A stretch of 64,000 nucleotides of DNA from Priapulus caudatus (Eukaryota): positions 186,001 to 250,000 of the forward strand of contig NW_014577076.1 of assembly GCF_000485595.1 (NCBI RefSeq). The letters run 5' to 3'. The stretch's first letter is position 1. The number at the start of each line of letters is the position of its first letter. Below are positions 50,543-64,000 of the stretch, piece after piece. The position numbers and the translations under genes were made by a program. The notes beneath the pieces were generated by a model that searched no databases, was not told where the DNA came from, and saw only the letters and a list, made by a program, of their open reading frames with translations.

Positions 50543-52925
50543 AGTATCTGACAATGCTCGTTGCATGCACGCGGGGTTCTGGTAGTGTCGCTAGGTGGCG
50601 TTGATAGTGGCGATGCTGCCAGAAGCAGCCGACAACGCTCGACGCACACATGCGGGCGCAGGTTCCGGTGGTGTCACCAGGTGGCGCTGCTATTGGCGCT
50701 GTCGCCAGTAGCTGCCGACAACGCTGATCACAAGCAGAAAGTTCAAGCGGAGAACAGCGGCAATAAAATTCGCGCCGACATTTATCTCGTTTGTGCGCTG
50801 AGAAATTCCACCGGGGCTGCCAGCACCTAACTGCCTATTAATTCTATTGCGCGAGATCCAGCGTGTGGTTCGCAGTGTTGATTTGGGTGCTCCCATGTCG
50901 AAATCTCTGTAGCTATTAATGTTGAGTTCATTGTGCCACGTAATTATAATAGCGACATCTGAATTTCAGCAGAAATGATTGCGTTTTTATAAATAAAAAA
51001 AGGCATTTTCCGACTGCCTGCGACTTTCTATAATGTTAATCAATCAGAATTACTACATTAAATATGAATTTAATTAGAATGTAGCGTTTTCATATAAACT
51101 TGCGACTGAAATAGCGTAGTAAAATACTAAATTAATAGATTATCCTGTTGAGCTTAGCTTGATGCAAATTACCGTCATTTCTGCTCACTGGAAGTCACTA
51201 TATGAATACGCGGTAATTTGATGCAATTCTCTTGCGAATTTTCTGAGAATTCTTCATTCTTATGGCAATAAATATACTGTAGGTTAATCATGATGGATGG
51301 CAGTTTACAATCGACTTTGAGGGAGAGTATCCGGAAATGGCGTGATTTTTAGTTAGCTCGTGGGTAATAGCTGTTGTCCCCATGAGTTAGTGTCACCGGG
51401 CCGATACTTGCCGCACGATGATAATTTTCTGACGCAATATCCACGGGAGAAAGAAAGTGTCGTCACGGATGTTGATCTCATTTTTTCTTTCTCTCGCGGA
51501 CATTTTTTTCTTTGCTTATCTGTACTTTCATACACGTTTACCTGCCGATGTAGCAAATTTGCGGCTAGCAATACGCGCGATATCAATGTCAGAAATAAAA
51601 CTATTATTTTCGACATGACTTTTCGTCGCGTAGTTCGATGAGCTTTCCGCGCGAAATGTGAATCACCGTTGCTTATCGCGATGGCCCGTCTATTGCGGTA
51701 TGTCTCGTGCAGTCTTGCACTGCGTCGTACACAGTTATACATATAGTTGAGATGGCTAGCTGTTAGCAGTTGGTCGGTACAGCTGGAGGGTAAGTCGGTT
51801 GTGTTGCGTCGCGCGATGCACTCTCAGCGCATTAGTAAATAAATGGAAGTTGTCATATGTTTACGACAGCGGAACACATCGCCCAATGCATTTTTTTTAT
51901 AATAAACTAAACGAAGCGTGCACGCGCACAACAGAACGCGCGTGCGTGTTTGCGCGTGTGCCTGTATGCACGTAGACATCGGCAGAACGTGCGTGCTTGT
52001 GTTTCTTATGCATCTAGACATCAGCAGGGCGTGCGTGCGTGCCTGCGAATGTGTGCGTGCGTGCGTAGGTGCATAGCCGTGAGTCCGAGATGCACAGAAT
52101 AATGCTTATCGTTTTCCTCTGCAATATTATAATTCTATATCTGCAATATATCTAATATCTGCAATATTCATTGCAATATTAGTAATCCTGCGTAGGCCCT
52201 ATACGGTTGATCTGTAGAACGTTCTGATTTCAGCGGAAGTGCCCCTACTCGTGAATTTAGCTTACTTGCCGTTCGTTAAGCCGTCTGAACAAAATTGATA
52301 TAATTTATTTAAAAATAATTCCTCGAATTGTTCTCAGAACTATATCGATAAAAGCAATCAACGTAATAGAATGAAAGCGTGAAAGCGCAGAGACGAAGTA
52401 TTTTCCCCGTTAATTACTGGAAACATTCGGTATATATACCCTTGCGAGTGCTCACATTTCATTACGCTCTCGCCCCCTTCTGCCTTCGCTTGCATCTCCG
52501 GTAACTAGCTATTTTTCTTCTGCTATTTCTCCCGTCGCATTCAAACAGCCATTCGGGATACCTCTATTACTATGCGTCTACTGTCTCTACTAAAGTGCTG
52601 ATTAATTTAATTAAGCTCTCGCGATTGGGTTAGATGCCTGTTGTATAGGTTTACTAGCTCGTAATTTGAGACATTTTAAGCAGTCACCCGATGTGCGATA
52701 TCAGTGATGCCGATGCTTCTCCGTGCATTGTTTGACAGTTCGCGTCAATTAATCAATCTAAACTACTCGACCTCAATTATACGACGTTGACAATATTTCG
52801 ATTATTAAATTAAAGCACAAGTTGTGTATATGTCTTACACCATAATTGGTACTTTAATATATAATGAGTGACACGCAGGCACGCACGCACGCACACTCGC
52901 ACGCAGTTACGCACCCCTCACACAC

Positions 52926-52961
<36 letters not shown>

Positions 52962-55145
52962 CAGTCATGGACATTTTTATTTTTATTATATAACTGTAGT
53001 TATTTACTTATGTTTGTGTTTCAAGTTGGAATTATGTCGATGGATAAATTATTACCGGATTCCTCAGTGACATAAAAGCAATAAGTGCGTGGGTCCTAAT
53101 CTACAAAAAGATGGCAAACATGTGTGATTTTGTTCAATACTCCTATAGTTATGGAAGGTATTTGTATTCGAACGTCTTTAATGTATACGTATGCGTTATA
53201 GCGGTTCCCCAGCACGGTATGCTATAGCTGCAGGCGCCGGCAAACTAGACGAAATACTCTTACCGCCGCTGTTAAATCTCATAGATGTCTCCGACCTCGA
53301 CAGTATGTTGTCTTGTTAGCTCTGCTTCGCTGTAGAACTGCGCCTCTAATTGCACAGTACGCCCTTGTTATTGGTACAGAGAATCGTTCCGGTCATTACC
53401 AAACAAAATCATGTAGGCTCTCGAAGCTGCTAACGCTGTGCATGATGTACAGGCCCGAAATTAAAAATCGGCCTGACTACCTTTGGCCAGCCATGAGCAT
53501 GGGCGGTTTTCAGATGGCTCTGGTTTTGCTAGTGTCACCAGCCGCACACACTACGGCACAGAGTAGTCACCATTAGAGTGTTCCTCTGTGTTTCCAACTA
53601 CTTAAGACTTGGCAAGCCTCAGGAGCACTCCAGGGCAATCCTCTAAGACAATCATCGCAAATGACGTCTGACTACAATGCCAGTTGGGCCAAATTCATTG
53701 TCAGTTGTTACTAGTCACTATCACTACAAAAATATGTGCGTTCGATAACGCTCATCAAGTCCAGTGTATCCATAGTGCTGTCCGCCATCGCCGATCCTGG
53801 TCATGGCACCAGTGAATTGCTTAACACACCACAATCTGTGTAGTAGATTCGGTTACCTGGCTTGATCGATTGCTCTACTCGTCGAGAACGATTAGAATGC
53901 CCCGTTGCTCGGGTCTGGGTTACAATACGTACGGCAGTTTGCGTTGTCGGTTCGGTGCTTGCAGCGATACAATACCAAGTACACTAAAGCAGATCATGGC
54001 GAATCGTGACAGCCTTTAATGATTGTCTCTCAAACAACTCGAAAATAAAAAAAACATGGACATATTAGGTCTCACCTATTAGCGGATATTTACGGAATAC
54101 TCCAGTATAAAAATTACCATGAGTTTGTGTTGTTATGGTGCATAAAATAGCAAATCGTTCAACCATAATTATTATTCTAACGTCGCGACATTTGCCTTGT
54201 AATTGGTACCACCAGAATACGGTGCATCTCATAGGGTGGCGTAAGTGTGTCTGACATAGTACAGTGTCTCCATTACTTTATGCAAGGGACTATTAACAAA
54301 TTAAAGAGGCATGGTATCGTGAGAAACAGGTGGCATTATCATGTAACCGCGTCAACAAGAAGTCAACAGAGAATTTTCAATCGATGCAAATTTTGGTGGA
54401 AGGAACGATGTACTATAAAGTGTTCTAAGACATGTTCGTCCAACTGTAGACACTGTCACGCAAGCAATAAAAGTAAGGATTATAATGGTCGGAACAGTAT
54501 AAAAAAAAACAGTCGGGAAAACTGCTCGAAATGTTTACATTAAAGGGGTGAGCTTTTATCGCCAGCAAGTATAGTACCCGCTGGGGAATGTCGACGCTAA
54601 GAGAGTTCAGGTTAGCCACGAGCACGTGATATACACAAATGAAACAATAGACTATACGTGAAGCTGTAATGACACTGTAATTATACACCATTAGGCGTAA
54701 TGTTAGAGTCATGCAACGAGAAATCGCGTGGATATTGATATATCCATCTTAGAGCAATTCACTGATATATATGTGAATTATCGAGAGTCATCATATGTCT
54801 AGCGAGTCGCACATTACTAGTCTCATGTTACCTCGTATGTAAGAACAGATCAGCGCGTTACAAACCAGTGGGTGCCTCGATTGCTTTTTTGTCACTATCC
54901 TTCATTAGATGCGAAACTGAGTGAAATTCCATACAAATGCAGTAGTAACGCAATCTCTCAGGTAATAATAGGGGGTGCTGAGTTTTAAATGGAAATACAC
55001 AGAAAAGGTTAATTCGGGTTACCTTATATTCTAGTTCCTCAATATCTCCAGTGGCGATTTGATCTATCTATCTCTCTCGCTCTCTCTCTCATTCTCGCTC
55101 GATATCTACTTGTCTATATAATAATATACCTATCTTTCTGTTTGT

Positions 55146-55181
<36 letters not shown>

Positions 55182-56911
55182 ATATATATCCTAGATAGAT
55201 AGATAGATAGATAGTTAGTAGATATATTGCTGCTTTATGTTGTGTCAAATTTACGGCTCTTTCTTAATTGGGATGATACAACTATAATTCTGGAATGCAA
55301 AATACAACAGTGTCATATGATTCCCCTACGAAACGTGACATATTTTTTATATGAACTTGTCTTAGTAATGCCCGCAGAAATATAGTTCGATACATGCATA
55401 ATTATCACGATAGACAGCTTCTGTGGTATCCATGGCAACCGCATTTGTATTCTGTAACGAAATATTTTACAAGCGCGAAAGATTGAAACATGGGATTGCA
55501 TCATGCACCCTTGCATTCAGTGGCAACAAGAAGCTATAATGCGTTGAGTTTGCTCAGTTGAAACGAGGAACTACAATGTTAGCCTGTTAGCTAGAGGAAT
55601 CTCACATGTAAGCTTTATTGACGCATGTTCTGTTAGCAAGGATGGTCGACTTGCTCCTGCATGGGCGTGTGCGATGCTGTATATCTCAGATTAAACGGCT
55701 CGAACGCCACTAAACCTGTCTACTCTCATCTTGATAGCTAATTCGTTCCAGTATCGCCAGATCAAACAGCCCCAGCAACATGTCAATCATCTAGGGTGGT
55801 ATTACAAGAAACCGCATGCAGCAGAATGGCCAGTGGTAATAGGAAATAAACACGTAATTTTTTTAGTAATACTTTATATGTGTGTGAAATCTAGCTACTT
55901 GCGCATATATGGTAACGTCATTAGGAATCAAAATTTATGTCAACGAAGATATGTAAATGTTGAAATTGGTAGTGGATCTATTGTACATACGTAGTCGCGT
56001 CAATTTTTAAAAATTGGAAAAATATTAGCGAGTAATATAGCAGCGATTCCAGCCTCCTGGACATTTGGAGTAAATTTAAAACGCTAAGCAGGTAAGTGTG
56101 CGAGGTGAGTTTAATTTACGATAAAATCCAAAATCGACAACTGCTCAGTTTATTATGAAGATATCAGAATATATTTCTTACGGAAATGTTTGATGTGTGG
56201 CCCAACTCACTATATATGTAATTACCCCTATATTGATGCCGATATACAGTACTGGGCATCTTTCTCATTTTTTCCGAGACCGCATGGCGTAAAGTGAGCA
56301 ATACTAAGCGATAATAATTATTAAAAACCCATACTTGCCCTCAGGCGGGAAATCGCTTTTATAATACCTGTACTGTAATGACGTGGCGTGAATTTATGTG
56401 ATAAAGATCGGGGCCTTTGTTCTATCTATTGAGCATTTTAATTTAACCATGACTCATTGACATATTGACATGAGTCATACTGTATAGTGCAGTTGGCTCG
56501 GCGATTTGTTAGGCTTCGCTGCCGTAACACGAACTAATGACTCATTCGCCATTAGTAGTGCGCACCGGCCTCTTCCTGCCGGACAGTGTTACACGTTTTA
56601 GGGTTATTTAGTATTAAAAGGTGTTCATTACCTGCCGGTTTTATTGGTGAACTTAGGCGCAGCAACACGCATTGTTGTGTGCTGCTCACTCAATGAACGG
56701 TAATGGCTGACAAACGTTGATTAAACATTTTCCAAATTCCGGATAATTAAAGCTTGAATGGAGGCCTGTAGGGTTAATCTTAGGGAAATAATCTTAAAAC
56801 AGATCGGTATGGGACACATAGCTACAGTAAGTAATTGCCGTAGGAATCCACCTACTGATGTACAAATAGTACATCAAGCCCAGCAATGTACGATTAAAAA
56901 TCTCTCTCTAT

Positions 56912-56913
<2 letters not shown>

Positions 56914-56973
<60 letters not shown>

Positions 56974-57065
56974 NNNNNNNNNNNNNNNNNNNNNNNNNNN
57001 NNNNNNNNNNNNNNNNNNNNNNNNNNNNNNNNNCGTGTCGCGTCGCGTCGTCGTCGCGTGTGTGT

Positions 57066-57117
<52 letters not shown>

Positions 57118-57130
57118 GTGTGTGCGCGCG
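56914..57130. repeat. (CT)n and (GT)n microsatellites flanking a 60-N gap (56974-57033)
   Basis: Read directly. Confidence 0.95.
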
Positions 57131-57651
57131 AGCGTTTGTACTTGATAAGTGAAATTGGTGTCGGAATCTCCGACGGGTCCGCTCTTCCAGTCCGTATGGA
57201 TCCTTTGTTCTGCGCCCTGCGTGGTTTAGCGCCGACGTACTGCTCTTTCTTTAGTCTAGGCTTACATATAGGTTCAGACAAGCAGGAAGAATGCATGACA
57301 AGTGCATTAAATTTGTTGAAATAGCGTCTGAAAAAAAAATTGCTACTTCTCGTCGTCGTCGTACAGAAGCTCCCGATAATCACGGTCGAAGGTCACCTCC
57401 GATATTTCTGCTGTTTTTAAGTCGTGCGAAAATGGGAAATTTTCTAATCTGTCGAGGAAAATAGTGAAGCTTGATGAAAGCAACAACAAGTCGAGGCACT
57501 GGACGCGAGCGTGAAAGGCGCATCTGAAAAATGTTGAGAAAATAATTAAATGCATGTCAACTGTATGAAGGGAGTATGAATAGTACTAGTGCACATTAAG
57601 CTGGGTTTTCACTATCAACTTTCTGTTGAAAAGTTGACGAATTGATAAATT

Positions 57652-58355
57652 TGTAATGAGGCTCGTGTCGTATATAGTGTACAGGTTCGTAACTTTTGGC
57701 GCGTGTAAGAAGTTACCATTAGATAGCACGATTTATAGAGAGAACGCAGATATGTATGACAGCAACAAGATGTAATCAGGAGTATATATATGCAGATAAT
57801 AGGAAATTATTCCCTATTATCTACTCCTGATGTAATGTACAACGCTAGGTCTATTTTCCTTTACCAACAACTATAATTACTATAATCCTTCTAGGGGCAA
57901 ATGTCGCGTACAAGTTCGTCGCCTTAATTAGACGATAACACATACACAATTCTCAACAGAGTTTAGCAGTTCAAAGTAGTTTACAGTCTCAAGGTAGACT
58001 CAAAGTAGTTTACAGACACATATAATACAAGCAAACAAGTCAATGCAAAGACGAAACCATACTCACAATCTAGCGAAGGCGACTCTCTCTCTCTCTCTCT
58101 TCTCTAAAGCGGGCCTTTTTATTCAGAATTTCCCGAACCACGTGACTTAAGTATGTCACGCGTTTGGTCAACATATAACATGGATCACTTTCTTTACTTT
58201 CAATAGGGAGGGGGGAGTGATCACTGTCTTACTGCGTGGGCTGCCTTGGCACTAATGGGGCCCGTGAGTGCTTTGTCACCCGAGGCCAGTCCCTGTCACC
58301 GAATCTGCCGATGTGATTTCTTATGAATGAGCATGGCTGAATTTGCTTCATTACA
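57652..58355 (-). mobile_element. Probable solo LTR (704 bp) inserted in the Harbinger MITE
   Basis: TGTAATGA ... TCATTACA ends; flanks AATT / CATT (3 of 4 match); it interrupts the MITE's subterminal repeat; AATAAA on the minus strand near 58120. Confidence 0.6.
57777..57829. mobile_element. 53-bp hairpin element with 7-bp TSD (P-like termini)
   Basis: CAGGAGTA...AGATAATAGG / CCTATTATCTACTCCTG, with ATGTAAT at 57770-57776 and 57830-57836. Confidence 0.75.
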
Positions 58356-59736
58356 CATTTTTCAACTAATTGACCGAAAGTCGACAGTGTAAACGTAAAA
58401 TTTGAGCGCTCAACAAGTTGATGGCAACTAGTTTAAGAGATTAGAACATGTTTTATTTTCTCAACTTGTGGTCAGCGAGTTGATCAAATTTTTGCCATTC
58501 AGCCACATATTCTGATAATAGCAATCATGAGGTGCGTCCCTCCATCCAGGGGGAGAGCGTGTTTTTGCGATTGGCAGCACACTGGCGCGAATTAATACGT
58601 GGAAAAATGCGTATTCACATCGCCCCGCGCGCACACGCGCAAAGTTTGCTGACTTGTGGTCGATAACGTAAAAAACGTTGAACATCTGATAGAAAGATTG
58701 ATAGAACATTGAAAAACTTATCAACTCGTCGACTTTTCCATAGTGTGAACCCAGCTTTAAAAGAGCGTTTGCGCTGCAGCAAAACCGCTAGCCCCCTAAA
58801 GCTGGCTTTAAGTACCAACAAGATCAGTCGCAGGACGTCGCACAAGCAAAAGATTGCCGACAGGGCAACAGGCTTTGTTTACCTGTTGGATTCATATTAA
58901 CCATAACTAAACGTTCAATATGATATAGTGAGATACGCGGTCACGCTCGACAAGTATTGCTTAGACCGCGGGAAGGCACTCGGCAACACCAGTCCTGTGT
59001 AGATCTCGTTGTGGGGTTTCAATGAAACTCCGGTTTCCGCGGCCAGCCCAGACCTATCTGAACCGCGCGGGTGTGTCTCGGCTGAGGGGTAGATCTACTG
59101 CAGTCATCTGACCTAAACACCAAGACGACAGCTCTTCTGCTATTGTGTCGCATGCATGTACGAGGGCCGTCTGTGGAACGCAAGTGCGGGCCACGTGTAA
59201 ATGCGGTAGCTTGCATATACACCACAATCACCTGCAGATTTACAAAATCATGGTCGCTGTATTACGTCTGTCACACTAACTCAAGACGAACGCCAGGATT
59301 TCGTGTGTGTGAGTTTATGACATATCCGCCAATAGTCGCACCAATGACACCGAGGGATACCTCGGTAATTATTACAGTCACCAAAGTCGACCCTGTTCTT
59401 GCGCAGTTATGATATTTTTGCGTACCGCGTTCCCAGCGGAATGATTTTCATACCGCCAGGGAAATTGTCATTGCAAAGAACGCCGAGTAAACTTTAGTAA
59501 ACGGTGCGCAAAATGCCATGTGAACGTTATGTAATTAAAGTAATATATTATTATTAATGCCTATCCCATATTCCATCGGTTGAACCCTAACTAGCATTTG
59601 CATGGGTTCTCGCTTCTTCATTGGAGTCGCAAATCTCGTGGTGCTTGTGTAGTGATTAGCGCGAAGCCAGCGTCAGCATAATTCGATTACCATCTTTTGG
59701 ATATATATATTTATTTATTTATTTATATATAAAGAA

Positions 59737-59738
<2 letters not shown>

Positions 59739-59783
<45 letters not shown>

Positions 59784-59802
59784 AGAGAGAAGNNNNNNNN
59801 NN

Positions 59803-59870
<68 letters not shown>
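59739..59870. repeat. (GA)n microsatellite with 10-N gap (59793-59802)
   Basis: Read directly. Confidence 0.95.
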
Positions 59871-59874
<4 letters not shown>

Positions 59875-59962
59875 GAGTAAGAGCGGGAGAAAGGGGTGAA
59901 AGAGCTGTCAATGACACCTTCATTTAATGGATATAGTGGTTTACACGCATCAATATTTATAT

Positions 59963-60118
59963 ATTAATGCCTGTTGTTGGGGGCACTATGCTCTCATAGT
60001 GTGCTGAAGGAAGGATAAGTGCCGCGAGGCGGTAGGGCGAGGGGCACTATTCTGCCGTTCGCCAATAGCAACCTAGCTAGTGAGAGCATAGTGGCCCGCA
60101 ACAATCCAGGGCATTAAT
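59963..60118. repeat. Imperfect hairpin, likely part of a non-autonomous DNA element
   Basis: ATTAATGCC..TTGTTG.GGG.CACTATGCTCTCA / TGAGAGCATAGTGGCCCGCAACAA..GGCATTAAT. Confidence 0.6.
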
Positions 60119-61027
60119 GTTTTGTTGGTGCATTCGGCATGACTATGGCAAATCTAATTTTGCAATGGTTATATACCTTCTTCTTATACTCCCGTAATTT
60201 GGCCGGTGGCATCGATGTAGACAAAACGCTCGACAATCAAACATAACCGACCATTAATTCGAAACCATCTTAGCGTGGCGCCTAGACGGGGCAGGAGATT
60301 CGGTGAACGTGAACACAATGGCGTAGGCAATGCGTCGCGCAAGCAATAGTGCCCCGCTATTGGCTTCATATACCGTGCGACGTTATCCAATAGAATTTCA
60401 ACGATTTATCACGTGATGCACTAATAGTGAATAATGCATGGCACGTGCCGTAACAACGCCTTGGTTATAGGGTAGCTGTAGATCTTGATAGTTTTATCGC
60501 TGTAAATACTACTGGTAAACACGCTAGTCTTTAATACCACTATGGCTAAACGTCGCTCCTGGTGCCAACCCCTCCCACAACCCCTTAAAAGTCGTCGTCT
60601 TTCCTTGCAAGAATGTAGTGTTCAGTATGTTTTGAAACTGCAGTGGATTTTTAGCTTGGAAAAAGTCATGTGCAATAACGACATTTCTATTGACTACTGT
60701 GCTGTCATGTAGGTTTTATGGAAATACAGATAATGCGCCTTATAGAATATTATAACACGCCGGGGCGCGCGACACACACACACACAGCACACACAGCCCG
60801 ACGACACACACACACCACACACAAGCAGCTACACACACACACACACACAGACACCACACACACACACACATGAGCACCAACGAACGCACGCACACACGCA
60901 CAACACACCTCACACACTGGACACACAACACACACACGCACACAGCAGCACATACATACATATAATATAATTGTAATATATATATATATATATATATATA
61001 TAGTATATAGTATATATATATATATAT

Positions 61028-61090
61028 CAAGAGTAGATAATAGAGAGACCTCTAATATCTCTATATTCTCTATTATGTAGGCTACTCTTG
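61028..61090. mobile_element. 63-bp hairpin element of the CA(A/G)GAG family
   Basis: CAAGAGTAGATAATAGAG ... CTCTATTAT(gtagg)CTACTCTTG; TSD ambiguous in the (AT)n context. Confidence 0.6.
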
Positions 61091-61159
61091 ATATACATTA
61101 TATATGTATTATATATATCTTGATATACATTATATATGTATTATATATATCTTGATATA
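61087..61159. repeat. 32-bp tandem repeat, ~2.3 copies
   Basis: CTTGATATACATTATATATGTATTATATATAT restarts at 61087, 61119 and 61151. Confidence 0.9.
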
Positions 61160-64000
61160 ATTATATTGATTTGATATATACATTTATACATAGTATTATA
61201 TATACTTTGTTTTAATGTAATGTATATATATCTGATGATATATATCTGTATGTATATAATAAAGCTGTGAAAGCCATGTCGCCGTTAATAGACAAAGAAA
61301 ATGTGCGACCTGAGATAGATAAAAATCAGGAGTAATTAATCTGCTTGAACAACATCACGCACAAGCATTCCGCGCCGACCTAATCAAAGGACACGCTTGA
61401 ACACGGACCAACGGAAATGCGCGACATCGTGCGAAAATTCTTAGCCGGAGACATCATTTCATCAGTTGTAAAAAAAAGCTCAAGCGCTGCATCATTGCCA
61501 TAGGGCGCACGCCAACACGTATGGCTTATTTTTACTCGAATGCAAGCAGTGTGAAATCAAACAGACAGCATTTCATTGGCTTATTCGCTCGGAAAAAATG
61601 CACGTTTATTCGATTCACTCACGTCATTTATCTGGAATGAAATTCATCAGCGTGGAAGCATATACTTGTTGGCAATCTAGACGTCGTAGGGCGAAAAACC
61701 TCTAAAATCAATTCAAACGCACATCAAACAGTCAGTCCGCACATTTGGGGCATGTGGGCGACCGACCGTGCGCCCCCCACCCTCCACGGCGCACAAGCCC
61801 AAGGCGGTAAACGAATTCAGCGCGGCTAACTAAAAGCGCTTAGATCATCAGTTGCCGGTTTGATTGAAGCTTTCCTTTCATCTGACACTGATTGTCGTAA
61901 AGATTTTAACCTGCAACGCGTAAGACAAAACGGCGAATGCAATTCGTGGCTTCCGAACAAGCCGCTGCATTCCCGTCCGGAACGGGCCAACGCGCCATTA
62001 TGCAATTCCCTACTACAGCCTAGCAGGCCGCGGCGCATGCAACGCTCCAGGCAACGCGATGCTGTCGTGGCGAACGTGTCCTGGGTGGCATGGCGGCTAG
62101 TGGGACTGACAGTAGGCGTGTTATATTAATTAAGCCGCCTGCTCTAGGCTGACGGGAGCGCTGTCAAGCGTCGCACTAGTGCCCAGCTAAGCGCGATCAA
62201 TATGCAAAGGGCAGTACTAGTGCAAACATTTTGTGAAACTCTACGATAACTTCATTCCGGGCGTACAGAGAAACGCCGTTCGATATGGGGGGCGTCGGAG
62301 GATACCCTCCTGGCTGATAGTAACTGCAGGCGATTCAGGTTCACGATCTTAATCGCGATGAATAATTCAAAGGAATCAAACCGGCGCGTCGATTCGGCAA
62401 GATTTGGGACATCTTACGGGGGGGCGCGACTTTTCGTTGAAATGCTTAAATCTAGTTTGGGCATTGAATAATTTACGTGGCAAAAAGAGCATTTATACAT
62501 ATATCGGCGGGGCATGTTATTGACCAAGTGTCGCGACACAGCGTAATGATAATATTTTCTTTTTATTAAAGTAATATTTCTAAGGTTTAAACCCCCTGTT
62601 TACCTGTCGATTTCATCAAGTCTCCTACATCACCACACGTCGCTTGTGTGCGTGCGTGCGTGCGTGCGCGCGTGTGTGTGCGTGCGTACGTGCCTGTGTG
62701 TTTATATATGGTTGATAGCACCCGTTTGACACTTTATATAGAATAATCACACCCATGTGCTCATAAAAATTTGGTCATCAGAAGCTCTATGTTATTGTAC
62801 CTTAAAGTGAGTAGGCCTATAATTCATACTTTCCGTTTCTTTGCTGCAATTAATACATTAGTCAGAAAAGCAGACACGTACGTTGTACAGTGGACATATA
62901 GCCCGCGATCATACAGGTGACGCTATATCAGCGCATCACTTCCGAGGTGCTTCTGGATTCCAATGTGATTCCAATCTTATCTAAACGCACAGTCAGTACC
63001 GAAGGAGGATTAATATACTATTTGTATCCGCAACTCGACTTGCTAAAGAGAAGTTAGTATACGGACAGTAATTTTCTAGAATGTCGAATACGGCAGGTTC
63101 GAGTGACACTGCTGAAAATGTTTTGCTCTGATGACGACGCCATTCGCTCGCCTATATATAGATACACCGAGTTGATAAATATTCCCCCCATACAATGTCC
63201 GCAATATGCGCCCATTTGTTTCATGCGGAGCTCCCAAGTGTCCGATATTTATCCCTCTCGATCAACGCTTTGGCTATGTCTAGCTGTAACAAACGTTTCT
63301 AGTAATGAAACCCAAATATTAGTGACGAGGTCGATCGTCGTACGTGGTCCCTATGTGTCAGGCCATGGTCAGGCGTTACAGTCAGCGCTGGAGTTCCTCA
63401 CACTAGACAGCGACTCTAGTCAGCAATAATATAAATCAGGATAAGAAACGCTACTGTGGATCGGCCTGAAAAAGGGCACATTTCGTGATAATGAATACTG
63501 TGACAAGGGCGACTATATGTAGGTATTCCCAAAAAAAGCACGCCATATAAGCACAGCCTCCCTAAGATGAAGATCCAAATGAGTGATATCCGACAAAACA
63601 TAATGCCAAACTTGGCTCTTATCCGGTTTAGAATGGTCCATACAAAGCACAATAAGAAAATGTAGAAAACCAAGCTGATGCTTTTGCGTGGAAAAGCAAT
63701 CGATTTTATGTGCGGATTATTAGAGAATATAATTATAGCAGCTTAAATTACTGGCATGGTCAGTGACCCCATAGGACGAGCAAGCTTTGATCCAATTCAA
63801 TGTCGAATTCAGCCCTAACATCCTACTTAAGTCATGCGACAGTCTATGCGTATTCGCGGCATGGGTTCGGATATGAAACGTGGGGATTAATAGGATGCCG
63901 GTACGATCGACCATTAGTGATCAAGTACACAACTTACCCTAGTTTGGCCTCTGGAATTGCGTATTATGAGACACATGACAGAAGATGTGGTTTTATCATG

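Larger units (their letters stand above)
57599..58756. mobile_element. PIF/Harbinger-type MITE carrying nested insertions
   Basis: TTA|AGCTGGGTTTTCACTAT ... ATAGTGTGAACCCAGCT|TTA, plus subterminal inverted GAAAAGTTGACGAATTGATAA / TTATCAACTCGTCGACTTTTC. Confidence 0.8.

Noticed and set aside
56041..56097. Possible micro-exon SDSSLLDIWSKFKTLS with CAG|GTAAGT donor
   Set aside because: No pyrimidine tract at the acceptor and no recognisable homology.
60770..60960. Irregular CA-rich sequence and Cys/Val-rich ORFs
   Set aside because: Looks like an error-laden (CA)n microsatellite.

Overview
This window looks like repeat-rich, mostly non-coding animal (probably invertebrate) genomic DNA, not prokaryotic. 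It has many microsatellites, three N gaps and at least one probable long-read artefact. Most listed ORFs are chance or microsatellite ORFs. Real protein-coding signal is limited to three places: (i) a broken PIF1-type helicase inside a complete, internally deleted 1.6-kb Helitron (25470-27075, minus strand; TC...hairpin-CTAG ends, A|T target); (ii) a second, shorter Helitron helicase remnant with its own CTAG end (42139-42470), missed by the ORF track; (iii) one clean spliced terminal exon with an acidic tail (48636-48842) resembling the C-terminus of the Acl4-like Rpl4 assembly chaperone. The rest is a collection of small non-autonomous transposons, identified by hand from terminal repeats and target-site duplications (TSDs). 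The most notable are two 82-bp hairpin elements with shared ends, different interiors and 9-bp TSDs; 39-63-bp hairpins with 7-bp TSDs; telomere-repeat-bearing MITEs; and a three-level nested insertion. I found no convincing multi-gene novel system. Family names come from recalled terminal/TSD rules, not from database searches.
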